64,000 bases of DNA from Acidimicrobiales bacterium (GTDB lineage: Bacteria; Actinomycetota; Acidimicrobiia; Acidimicrobiales; Aldehydirespiratoraceae): NCBI GenBank assembly GCA_029263215.1, contig JAJCXY010000108.1, positions 2,135 through 66,134 on the forward strand, in the 5' to 3' direction. Shown here one piece after another: positions 55,608-64,000 of the stretch (the stretch's first letter is position 1; every line of letters starts with the position of its first letter). The notes beneath the pieces are model-generated. The model did no database searches, was not told where the DNA came from, and worked only from the letters and a program-made list of their open reading frames with translations. The translations under genes and the position numbers were made by a program.

Positions 55608-57308
55608 TCAAGGCCTCAGGACCTCGATTTCCTTCCAGGCCACCCATGACGGGCTGGCAATCGTTGTCACTCTGACCGCCACGACCTCCTCAAGTGCGGG
55701 CGCGAACTCGGCCTCGAGTACGTCGCCCTCTTCGGTGATGGCATCGAACAGCGCGATCTCCTCACTGCGGCCGTCGGCGAAGATGGCATCGACCCGATGG
55801 ATGGTGGGCCCAGCCGGAAACTGGGCTACCCGGAGGCGCACCGCACCGACCGAGGTGGGATCGGCGAGGTTGATCTCGATCCAGTGGGGTGCGTCGGCTC
55901 CGGCTCCCCATTGGGTGGCTCCAATGCCATCGACTGCCTGCGCCGGGGGCTCGTCGGGAAGAGATCGCGACGCCACCGCGTCGTGGCCGATCGCGACGTT
56001 GGGATCGGTCAACGTGGGAGTGCAGGGATCGGGCTGGGCAGCCGGAGACAAGGTATCGAACAGCAATCCGTCGGCATCGGTCAGACCCCAGGTCGCGTCC
56101 GAAGCCGGCTCGATCCGATTGAAGGCCCAGTAGAGCCATCCGTCGAATCCCACCGCGCAGGAGTCGGCGATCCATCGTTGAATCTCGATCGCTGCTGCTT
56201 CGGCACTTTCGACCAGGTGGACGAAAGCGCCGACCTCTCCCATCACCACAGGCTTGGCGTCGGTAATAGCGAAATTCTCGGCCTGTCCAGTCACTCCCAG
56301 ATCTCCCCCTGGGTAGGCGTGGAAGTCGAAGAAGTCGAGATCGGAGTGCGCAACGAGGGGAGCGGTGTCGACCAGCCAGTTCCCGCCGATCTCGGTGGGG
56401 TTCGGATAGCGCGGCGCGAAGAATCCCATGGTGACCAAACCGTGGGGATCGTGCTGTGAGATTGTTTCGGCCACGTCGCTGATGAGCGCTCTCAGGTTGT
56501 CGGCGACCATCGCCTGGCGCTCGAGTGGGTCGCTCGGGTCGTAGGTGCCGGTCCTGGTGTCCACATCGCCCGCCAGAGAAAATGGTGGTCTCGACTCGAA
56601 CAGCCATTGCTCGTTGAGGATCGACCATCCCAGCACAGCTTCGAGGTGAGCCCGGCGCTCGATTAGCCCCGTCATGATGCCGTCCCAGTAGGAGACGAAC
56701 GCCGTGTGGCCCTCCTCCGTGAGCATGTGGGCGTTTCGGTACCCCTCGATGAGAGACGAGGCGCCCCTGTTCGCTGCTTCGCCATAGCGGGCGTCGGGGA
56801 GGTCGTTGGAGGTGAGGATGAGGGCGATGTCGCTATCGGCAGCGATCTGTAGTACGTCGGCGAGTGTGTCTAGCCATGTGTCGCTGATACCGCCGCGGTG
56901 GCTCGAGCACTCACAGCTGTCGATGAACAGTCGGGCGGTGTTGAAACCCGACGATCTGAGTCGCTCGAAATCGCTGGCCATCGCGGCGTGGTCGAAGTAC
57001 ACCGGGTCGACCGAGCGGTCGGCGCCGTTCAGGAAGCGCACATAGTTAACTCCCCGCGGGACGAAGCCTGCTCCGGTGCGTAGATCGACGAAGGTCCCGC
57101 CTTCGATCCCGATCCAATGGGTCGGTGGATCCCAAGGATCGAGTGTCGTGGTCGATGTTGACGCGGGCGTGGAAGTAGTCGAGGTGGTGGCGTCGGGAGC
57201 GGAGCTGCGTGACGGCGTAACTGGAGGTGACGTAGGGCTGTTGCTCTCGCCGCCGCATGCCGCGGCGACAAGCAGGACGACTAGTGCTGCGGTGCCCCGC
57301 GACCGCAT
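55608..57308 (-). CDS. secreted lipoprotein: GH5-like (cellulase-family) glycoside hydrolase with C-terminal F5/8 type C (discoidin) domain
   Basis: The lipobox LLVAAAC is followed by a Thr/Ser/Pro linker. FVPRGVNYV, GFNTARLFI and WSILNEQW (NE motif) are present. The C-terminus AQAVDGIGATQWGAGADAPHWIEINL is discoidin-like. Confidence 0.7.
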   Translation of the reverse strand: MRSRGTAALVVLLVAAACGGESNSPTSPPVTPSRSSAPDATTSTTSTPASTSTTTLDPWDPPTHWIGIEGGTFVDLRTGAGFVPRGVNYVRFLNGADRSVDPVYFDHAAMASDFERLRSSGFNTARLFIDSCECSSHRGGISDTWLDTLADVLQIAADSDIALILTSNDLPDARYGEAANRGASSLIEGYRNAHMLTEEGHTAFVSYWDGIMTGLIERRAHLEAVLGWSILNEQWLFESRPPFSLAGDVDTRTGTYDPSDPLERQAMVADNLRALISDVAETISQHDPHGLVTMGFFAPRYPNPTEIGGNWLVDTAPLVAHSDLDFFDFHAYPGGDLGVTGQAENFAITDAKPVVMGEVGAFVHLVESAEAAAIEIQRWIADSCAVGFDGWLYWAFNRIEPASDATWGLTDADGLLFDTLSPAAQPDPCTPTLTDPNVAIGHDAVASRSLPDEPPAQAVDGIGATQWGAGADAPHWIEINLADPTSVGAVRLRVAQFPAGPTIHRVDAIFADGRSEEIALFDAITEEGDVLEAEFAPALEEVVAVRVTTIASPSWVAWKEIEVLRP

Positions 57309-57321
57309 GACCTCGTGGCGG

Positions 57322-57753
57322 TCAGCGACCCGAGATGTAGTCGGTGAGGTGTTGGCGTTCGGTCTCGAGTTCGTCGAGGCGGGCGTTGACGATGTCGCCG
57401 ATGCTGACGATCCCCACCAGCGAGCCGTCTTCGAGGACGGGGACGTGCCTGAAGCGACCCTGCGTCATCTGGCCCATCAGGTCGTCGATGCTCGATTCGG
57501 GGCTGCAACAGACCACATCGGCTGTCATCAACTCGGCCGCGGTGCGCTGCATCAAGCTCGAATCATCGGCTGCCAGGCCGCGAACGAGGTCGCGTTCGGA
57601 AATGATGCCGTCGATCGTGGCGCCATCGGCGGACACCACGAGGGCTCCGACCTTGAGTTCGGCGAGAGTCGCCACGACGGAGCGAATCGTGGAGTCGGGA
57701 GTGGTTGTGGCGACATCGTCGCCCTTCCGCTTCAGAATCTCGCTGATCAACAT
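57322..57753 (-). CDS. CBS domain-containing protein
   Basis: Start at [11 protein letters not shown] (57753). Two CBS repeats are present ([22 protein letters not shown] and [21 protein letters not shown]). Confidence 0.85.
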   Translation of the reverse strand: MLISEILKRKGDDVATTTPDSTIRSVVATLAELKVGALVVSADGATIDGIISERDLVRGLAADDSSLMQRTAAELMTADVVCCSPESSIDDLMGQMTQGRFRHVPVLEDGSLVGIVSIGDIVNARLDELETERQHLTDYISGR

Positions 57754-57850
57754 TTGGTCCCCGCAGAGTCGTTGTTCGTTCAAACCTTGTCGTCCCAGTG
57801 TTGCAGGTGGCCGACAAGACCGAAAGTATGGCGCTGAACAGGGGGACGTC

Positions 57851-59491
57851 ATGACTGCAGCAATCGCGGTGGGATCAGCCGACACTCCGCTCATCGAGCA
57901 GACGATCGGTGCCAACCTCTCCGCCACCGCTGAGCGCTACCGCGATCTGGAGGCATTCGTGGTGGTGCACCAGCGGATTCGCCAGACGTGGGCCGAGTTC
58001 GATGCCACCGTCGACACGGTGGCCAAGGGCCTGATGGCGAGAGGAATCGAAAAGGGCGACCGGGTCGGTATGTGGAGCCCCAACTTCGCCGAGTGGACCT
58101 ATGTGCAATACGCCACAGCGCGCATCGGGGCGATCCAGGTCAACATCAATCCCGCCTACCGCACCAGTGAACTCAAGTACGCGCTGGTCCAGTCGGGCTG
58201 TCGGATGCTGGTGACGTGCACGGAGTATCTCACCTCGGCCTACCGCGAGATGGTGGAGGAAGTCAGGTCGGCGCTTCCCGATCTGGAGATGGTCGTCTAC
58301 TTCGACACTGACGACTGGGGCGAACTCATCGAGGCCGGTGAAGCGGTGAGCGACGAGCAGGTTCGCGAGCGAGCCGACTCCCTTGATTCAGCCGACCCGA
58401 TCAATATTCAGTACACGTCGGGCACCACCGGTTTCCCGAAGGGGGCCACGCTCAGCCACCGAAGCATCCTCAACAACGCACTCTTCGTGGGTGAGTCCTG
58501 CGGCTACACCCACGACGATCGAGTGTGCATTCCGGTGCCCTTCTACCACTGTTTCGGAATGGTGATGGGAAACCTGGCCTGCTCTGTTTTCGGCGCGACG
58601 ATGGTGGTGCCGTGCCCGACCTTCGAGCCTGCCGCGGTCCTGAAGACCGTCGAAGCCGAGCGCTGCACCTCGCTGTACGGCGTGCCCACGATGTTCGTGG
58701 CTGAGCTCGGCCTACCCGACCTCGACTCCTTCGAACTGTCAAGCCTGCGCACGGGCATCATGGCCGGCTCGCCGTGCCCCATCGAGGTCATGCGGAAGGT
58801 CATCGGCGAGATGAACATGGATGAGGTCACCATCGCCTATGGCATGACCGAAACGTCTCCGGTGTCAACCCAGACGGGCACCGACGACTCCATCGAACAT
58901 CGCGTCTCCACCGTGGGGCGCGTGCTCCCTCACGTGGAGTCGAAGATCGTCGACCCCGACACCGGTGAGACAGTGCAGAGAGGGCAACGAGGCGAATACT
59001 GCACCCGCGGCTATCACGTGATGATCGGCTACTGGAACGATCCCGACAAATCCGCCGCGGCGATCGATGGTGAGGGTTGGATGCACTCCGGCGATCTCGC
59101 CACGATGGACGATGATGGCTACGTCAACATCGTCGGCCGGCTCAAGGACATGATCATCCGGGGCGGCGAAAACGTCTATCCGCGAGAGATCGAGGAGTTT
59201 CTCTACACCCATCCAGCGGTGGCCGATGCCCAGGTCATCGGTGTTCCCGACGAGCGGTACGGCGAGCAGATCATGGCCTGGGTGCAACTCGGTGCAGGCC
59301 AGGAACTCACTGATGAGGAGTTGAAGGAGTTCTGTCGCGGCAAGATCGCCCACTTCAAGATTCCCCACTACATCCGCTTCGTGTCGGAGTTTCCGATGAC
59401 CGTCACCGGCAAGATCCGCAAGGTGGAGATGCGCGAGAAGTCGATTGCAGATCTGGGCCTGAGCGGGGCGGCGGCCGCCGAGACGGCCTGA
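57851..59491 (+). CDS. AMP-binding acyl-CoA synthetase (FadD-like)
   Basis: Start at MTAAIAV (57851) follows GGGGGA. The AMP motif [20 protein letters not shown] is present, along with [18 protein letters not shown] and GKIRK. Confidence 0.9.
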   Translation: MTAAIAVGSADTPLIEQTIGANLSATAERYRDLEAFVVVHQRIRQTWAEFDATVDTVAKGLMARGIEKGDRVGMWSPNFAEWTYVQYATARIGAIQVNINPAYRTSELKYALVQSGCRMLVTCTEYLTSAYREMVEEVRSALPDLEMVVYFDTDDWGELIEAGEAVSDEQVRERADSLDSADPINIQYTSGTTGFPKGATLSHRSILNNALFVGESCGYTHDDRVCIPVPFYHCFGMVMGNLACSVFGATMVVPCPTFEPAAVLKTVEAERCTSLYGVPTMFVAELGLPDLDSFELSSLRTGIMAGSPCPIEVMRKVIGEMNMDEVTIAYGMTETSPVSTQTGTDDSIEHRVSTVGRVLPHVESKIVDPDTGETVQRGQRGEYCTRGYHVMIGYWNDPDKSAAAIDGEGWMHSGDLATMDDDGYVNIVGRLKDMIIRGGENVYPREIEEFLYTHPAVADAQVIGVPDERYGEQIMAWVQLGAGQELTDEELKEFCRGKIAHFKIPHYIRFVSEFPMTVTGKIRKVEMREKSIADLGLSGAAAAETA

Positions 59492-59567
59492 CCCTTCTCG
59501 CCACGACGGGCACAAGGCCGGCGAACGCGCGATACTCCCGACACGACCGGCACATGATGGGGGAACG

Positions 59568-60056
59568 GTGAAGCTCACACTGACCGTAAACGGCACGACT
59601 CACACGAGCGAGGTCGAGCCTCGAACCTTGTTGGTGCATCACCTGAGGGACAATCTCGGGCTCACCGGCACCAACATCGGTTGCGACACCTCTTCTTGCG
59701 GTGCCTGCACGGTGCATTTCGAAGGCCAGTCGGTGAAGTCGTGCACGATGCTCGCCGTTCAGGCCGATGGTGGCGAGATCACCACTATCGAAGGACTAGC
59801 GGATCAGGCCCAGCAAGCGGGCATCTCCACCGGCGACCAGGACTGGCACCCGATGCAGGAAGCCTTCCACCAGTGCCACGGCCTCCAATGCGGGTACTGC
59901 ACGCCGGGAATGGTGATGGCGGCGACGTCGCTACTCGAGGAAAACCCCGACGCCGACGAAGGCGGCGTGAGAGAGGGCCTCGAAGGCAACCTGTGCCGCT
60001 GCACCGGCTACCACAACATCGTGAAAGCCGTCCTCCAGGCGAAGGGCGGTGCGTGA
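59568..60056 (+). CDS. (2Fe-2S)-binding small subunit of a xanthine dehydrogenase/CoxS-type molybdoenzyme
   Basis: [11 protein letters not shown] and CGYCTPG...CRCTGY cluster motifs are present. GTG start. Confidence 0.9.
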   Translation: MKLTLTVNGTTHTSEVEPRTLLVHHLRDNLGLTGTNIGCDTSSCGACTVHFEGQSVKSCTMLAVQADGGEITTIEGLADQAQQAGISTGDQDWHPMQEAFHQCHGLQCGYCTPGMVMAATSLLEENPDADEGGVREGLEGNLCRCTGYHNIVKAVLQAKGGA

Positions 60057-62440
60057 TGACCGCAGTCATGGGCACCCCGATGCTCCGCAAGGAAGATGGC
60101 AAACTTCTCACCGGCGAGGGCAAGTTCGTCGACGACATCCACGTCCCCGGTGAACTCTGGATGGGCATGGTGCGAAGCCCCCACGCCAAGGCAACGATCA
60201 CCTCCATCGACGCATCGGGCGCGCTGGCGATGCCCGGAGTGCAGGCCGTTCACACCGGACCCGATCTCGCCGACATGGGTCTCTGGATAGCCCCGCTGCC
60301 CTGCGCGTGGCCGGTCACACCAGACATGCTCAACCCGCCTCACTTCCCGGTGGCCAGCGGAGAAGTACACCACGTAGGCGAGATCGTCGCCGTTGTTCTT
60401 GCCGACAGTCGTTATGGCGCGGCCGACGCAATCGACGAAGTAGTCGTCCACTACGACTCCCTCCCAGCGGCGGCGTCGGTGGCCGAGGCTCGCGATGGCG
60501 ACGTGCTCGCCCACAGTGATCTGGACACCAACAAGGCCTACCACTGGCCGCTCGTCCCCGATCCCGACGCGCTGGACGCCGCCTTCGCTGGAGCCGACGT
60601 GGTCGTGGCGGCAGATTTCGTTCAGCAGCGCCTCATCCCCACCGCAATGGAGCCTCGCGGCGTGCTGGCCGTGCCCTCACCTCATGGCGGAGATATCACG
60701 CTATACAGCGCCACCCAGGTGCCTCACATCCTGAAGGTGATGGCTGCTGCCACCACTGGCATCCCCGAGAATCAGATCCGCATCATCGCCCCTGCTGTGG
60801 GCGGTGGATTCGGAGCCAAGCTCAACATCAATCCCGATGAGATCCTGGCGCTCACGCTCGCCAACAAACTCGGACGAGCCGTGCGCTGGACCGAATCGCG
60901 TTCAGAGGCTGCGGGGTCCACCCATCAAGGGCGAGGCCAACTCCAACACATCGAGCTGGCGGCCGACAGCAACGGCAAGCTCCAGGGTGTACGCGTACAT
61001 GTCGACGCCGACATGGGCGCCTACATGATGCTGATCACCCCAGGTGTCCCGTTGTTGGGCAGCTTCCTCTACACAGGTGTCTACGACGTACCCGCCTTCG
61101 GGTTCACGTGTGATGGTTACTTCACCAACATGACTCCCACCGATGCCTACCGGGGCGCCGGTCGGCCCGAAGCCAGCTATGCCATCGAGCGAGCCATGGA
61201 TCTCCTGGCCCTCGAGGTAGGAGTCGGCCCTGATGAGATCAGGCGTCGCAACTACATCAACGGCGGCGAGGCGTTCGAGAACCATGAAGCGGCATCGACC
61301 CTGGTTTTCGACTCGGGTCACTACGGCCCAAGCCTCGATCGAGCGCTGGAAATGGCCGACTACGAAGGCTTGCGGGCCGAGCAATCTCGTCGCCGTGAGG
61401 CGGGAGACAAGGTCCAGCTGGGTATTGGCATGTGCACGTATGTGGAGATCTGTGGGCTGGCGCCATCGCGGGCCCTCGGCGGCCTCGGCTACGGCGCGGG
61501 CGGCTGGGAACACGCGACGGTGCGAATGCTCCCCACTGGCAAGGTTGAGGTCGTTTCCGGCTCCACCCCCCACGGCCAGGGCCACGAGACCGCATGGTCC
61601 CAGATCATCGCCGACAAGATGGGCGTCTCCCCGCACGACGTCACGGTGCTGCATTCCGATACCGCGATGAGTCCACTCGGACTCGACACCTACGGGTCGC
61701 GTTCGTTGGCTGTTGGCGGGGTGGCTATTGCCATGGCAGCCGACAAGGTCGTCGAGAAGGCCCGCCTCATCGCGGCTCATCAGTTCGAGGCCGCACCCGA
61801 GGACGTCCAGTTCGAGAACGGGTCGTTCTCGGTGGCGGGGTCGCCCTCCAGCTCGGTGCACATACAGGAGCTCGGCTTTGCTGCGTTCGCAGCCCATGAC
61901 CTGCCAGATGGGATCGAACCCAACCTGCAAGAGCAGGTCAGCTTCGACCCGCCCAACTTCGCCTTCCCGTTCGGCACCCACGTGGCAGTGGTCGAGGTCG
62001 ACGAAGACACAGGTGGTGTGAAACTGACCGGCTACTTCGCGGTCGATGATTGTGGCAATCAGGTCAACCCACTGATCGTGGAGGGTCAGGTGCACGGTGG
62101 CATCGTCCAAGGAGCGGCTCAAGCCCTGTTCGAGGAAGCTGCCTACGACGACGAGGGCAACATCACCAATCCCTCGTTGATGGATTATCTGGTGCCGTCG
62201 ACCATGGAGATGCCGAGCATGAAACTCGACTCCACCACCACCCCGAGCACCACCAACCCGCTGGGCGTCAAGGGTGTCGGTGAGGCGGGAACGATCGGTT
62301 CGGCTGCCGCGGTGATCAACGCCGTATGTGATGCCCTATCGCCCCACGGCATATCCGATCTGGAAATGCCGGCGTCGCCCCAGCGGGTCTGGAACGCCAT
62401 CAACCGAGCATCCGGCAACGGAGAGGGAGGTGCGTCATGA
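60056..62440 (+). CDS. molybdopterin-binding large subunit, form-II CoxL-like (xanthine dehydrogenase family)
   Basis: Start at [27 protein letters not shown] overlaps the upstream stop (TGATG). The active-site loop AYRGAGR at 61145..61165 is the form-II motif rather than AYxCSFR. Confidence 0.9.
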   Translation: MTAVMGTPMLRKEDGKLLTGEGKFVDDIHVPGELWMGMVRSPHAKATITSIDASGALAMPGVQAVHTGPDLADMGLWIAPLPCAWPVTPDMLNPPHFPVASGEVHHVGEIVAVVLADSRYGAADAIDEVVVHYDSLPAAASVAEARDGDVLAHSDLDTNKAYHWPLVPDPDALDAAFAGADVVVAADFVQQRLIPTAMEPRGVLAVPSPHGGDITLYSATQVPHILKVMAAATTGIPENQIRIIAPAVGGGFGAKLNINPDEILALTLANKLGRAVRWTESRSEAAGSTHQGRGQLQHIELAADSNGKLQGVRVHVDADMGAYMMLITPGVPLLGSFLYTGVYDVPAFGFTCDGYFTNMTPTDAYRGAGRPEASYAIERAMDLLALEVGVGPDEIRRRNYINGGEAFENHEAASTLVFDSGHYGPSLDRALEMADYEGLRAEQSRRREAGDKVQLGIGMCTYVEICGLAPSRALGGLGYGAGGWEHATVRMLPTGKVEVVSGSTPHGQGHETAWSQIIADKMGVSPHDVTVLHSDTAMSPLGLDTYGSRSLAVGGVAIAMAADKVVEKARLIAAHQFEAAPEDVQFENGSFSVAGSPSSSVHIQELGFAAFAAHDLPDGIEPNLQEQVSFDPPNFAFPFGTHVAVVEVDEDTGGVKLTGYFAVDDCGNQVNPLIVEGQVHGGIVQGAAQALFEEAAYDDEGNITNPSLMDYLVPSTMEMPSMKLDSTTTPSTTNPLGVKGVGEAGTIGSAAAVINAVCDALSPHGISDLEMPASPQRVWNAINRASGNGEGGAS

Positions 62441-63249
62441 TTCCCGCACCAGTCGAATACACCCGAGCCGGCAGCGCCGAAGAGGCGATTTCTCTGCTCA
62501 CCGAACACGGCGATGAAGCCAAGTTGTTGGCCGGTGGCCACTCCCTGCTCCCGATGATGAAGCTCAGGCTGGCAACCCCCGCCCAGCTCATCGACGTCGG
62601 CAGGCTCGACGAGCTGCGCTACATCAACGCCGACAACGGCGAGGTGGCCATCGGAGCGCTCACCCGTCACACCGAACTCGAGCATTCTGATGTGTTGGCC
62701 GATGCGTGTCCCTTGCTGAAGCATGTGGCCTCCCTGGTGGGCGACCCCTCGGTGCGCCACCGGGGCACGTTGGGGGGCACCCTGGCCCACGCCGACCCGG
62801 CTTCTGATCTCCCGGCTGCGGTTCTCGCTCTCGGAGGCACGCTCGTCGCCCAGGGTCCGAATGGTCGGCGCGAGATCGCGGCCACCGACTTCTTCGCGAG
62901 CTACTTCGAGTCGGTGCTCGCCGCCGACGAGCTGCTCGTCGAGGTGAGGGTGCCATCGGGTGGTGGAGGTTGGAACTACCAGAAGTTCAACCGCCGGGCC
63001 CAGGACTGGGCCATCGTTGGCGTGGCCGTGGCCGACGGGGGCAAGGGCATCGCCCTGGTCAACATGGGAGCAACACCGCTGCGGGCAACCGCGGTGGAAG
63101 CCGCTCTGGCCGGCGGTGCATCGGCGGCCGAGGCCGCGGCGGTTGCAGCCGAGGGCACCTCGCCGGTGGAGGATGGCAACGCCGACGCCACCTATCGCAA
63201 GCACCTGGCTCGGGTTCTCACCGAACGAGCACTCAACGCCGCCGGGTAG
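62437..63249 (+). CDS. FAD-binding medium subunit (CoxM-like) of a molybdopterin dehydrogenase
   Basis: LLAGGHSLLPMMKLRLATP...GDPSVRHRGTLGGTLAHADPASD. It has a 4-nt overlap with the large-subunit gene. Confidence 0.9.
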   Translation: MIPAPVEYTRAGSAEEAISLLTEHGDEAKLLAGGHSLLPMMKLRLATPAQLIDVGRLDELRYINADNGEVAIGALTRHTELEHSDVLADACPLLKHVASLVGDPSVRHRGTLGGTLAHADPASDLPAAVLALGGTLVAQGPNGRREIAATDFFASYFESVLAADELLVEVRVPSGGGGWNYQKFNRRAQDWAIVGVAVADGGKGIALVNMGATPLRATAVEAALAGGASAAEAAAVAAEGTSPVEDGNADATYRKHLARVLTERALNAAG

Positions 63250-63258
63250 CGTCTCTAC

Positions 63259-64000
63259 ATGGAAACAATGCCGGCCGGGCTGTTCGCCCGCGACTCCGGC
63301 CGGTACGTCCCCGACCCGGTGTGCGCCGGGCCTTGGGATCCCGGCGCCATGCACGGCGGGCCGATAGCCGCGCTCGTCGGCCGCCTCATCGCAGACCACG
63401 ATGGCGACGACGCCGTCTGGTTCCTGTCACGACTCACAGTCGAGTTGGTACGGCCCGTACCGCTCAAGCCAGTGACCGTCGACCTCGAGGTGAGGCGCCC
63501 CGGCCGACGGCTCCAACTCATCGACGCGGTTGTTCGTGACCCCGACGGCGTCGAGGTCGTGGTGGCGCGCGGACTCCGGCTCCGACGTGCAGACAATGGT
63601 CTCGACGAAGACCAGTTGGCCCATCCCGAACCGCCCGACGTGGCGGCTCCGGTGGGTTTGTCGAGCTACGCCCACAGCCATCAGCGTCCGTTCGGGAACT
63701 TCTTCATGGATGCGTTGGATATTCGAGCGGTGGTGGAGGCCGACTTCATCGGGATGGGTCCCGCCCAGGTGTGGTTCAGTCTCCTCGTGCCGGTCATGGC
63801 AGGGGAGCCCGTGCATCCCCTCGACCGCGTTCTCACCGCGGCCGACTTCCCAAACGGCGTGTCGAGGATTCTCGACCCTCTCGAACACCAGTTCATCAAC
63901 CCCGATCTCACTGTGAGCCTGCACCGCTATCCGTCCGACGAATGGGTGCTGCTCGACGGCGTGTCCCACGCCCGGCGCGGTGGCTACGGGATGGCCCAAT
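63259..64000 (+). CDS. thioesterase-like (TesB/4HBT_3-type) family protein; 3' end lies outside the window
   Basis: Absent from the ORF track (no stop in the window). My translation from ATG 63259 gives METMPAGLFARDSGRYVPDPVCAGPWDPGAMHGGPIAALVGR...LTVELVRPVP...FINPDLTVSLHRYP, a pattern typical of acyl-CoA thioesterase-like double hot-dog proteins. Confidence 0.6.
   Translation, partial: METMPAGLFARDSGRYVPDPVCAGPWDPGAMHGGPIAALVGRLIADHDGDDAVWFLSRLTVELVRPVPLKPVTVDLEVRRPGRRLQLIDAVVRDPDGVEVVVARGLRLRRADNGLDEDQLAHPEPPDVAAPVGLSSYAHSHQRPFGNFFMDALDIRAVVEADFIGMGPAQVWFSLLVPVMAGEPVHPLDRVLTAADFPNGVSRILDPLEHQFINPDLTVSLHRYPSDEWVLLDGVSHARRGGYGMAQ

Noticed and set aside
54537-56628. Long alternative-frame ORFs (54537..55607 and 55762..56628, both minus strand)
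   Set aside because: They overlap the MalK-like ATPase and GH5-like genes in other frames. They are extremely Arg/Pro/Gly-rich, which is characteristic of off-frame translation of GC-rich coding DNA.
60902-63399. Two ~400-aa minus-strand ORFs (60902..62122 and 62185..63399)
   Set aside because: They are antisense to the CoxL/CoxM-like genes, whose motifs are unambiguous.
1-64000. Search for tRNA/rRNA genes, CRISPR arrays, transposases, integrases, prophage genes or recognised defence systems
   Set aside because: The largest intergenic gaps are about 120 bp and none shows cloverleaf-like or repeat structure. No ORF resembles a transposase, integrase, nuclease-helicase or other defence module. 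The Fic protein is the only toxin-like domain. Short RNAs could still have been missed by eye.

Overview
High-GC, very gene-dense chromosomal window. It is probably Actinomycetota, judging by mycothiol/DinB-type enzymes, several LLM/F420-type oxidoreductases and PPOX flavoproteins. I support about 65 protein-coding genes, and found no rRNA, tRNA, CRISPR array, transposase or integrase. Content is mostly accessory redox and catabolic enzymes plus four transporter systems: an operon of two ~1000-aa FtsX-type permeases with two ATPases, a DrrA-like ABC-2 exporter, a sugar/glycerol-phosphate-type importer next to a GH5-like lipoprotein, and an MFS. A form-II CoxSLM-like molybdoenzyme cluster is also present. 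The main result is that the ORF track splits two genes at in-frame TGA codons that look like selenocysteine codons. One is a GrdB-family protein (complement 2618..3610, motif U-P-V-C). The other is an exported DUF3179 protein (complement 48341..49357), where TGA replaces the first Cys of the family CPLC motif (U-P-L-C). Each TGA is followed by a hairpin with a GGUC apical motif 17 and 20 nt downstream, which is SECIS-like. Two other genes, a class-III aminotransferase and a class-II aldolase, each carry one frameshift and one in-frame TAG and look like pseudogenes. All family assignments come from reading the translations; no searches were run.
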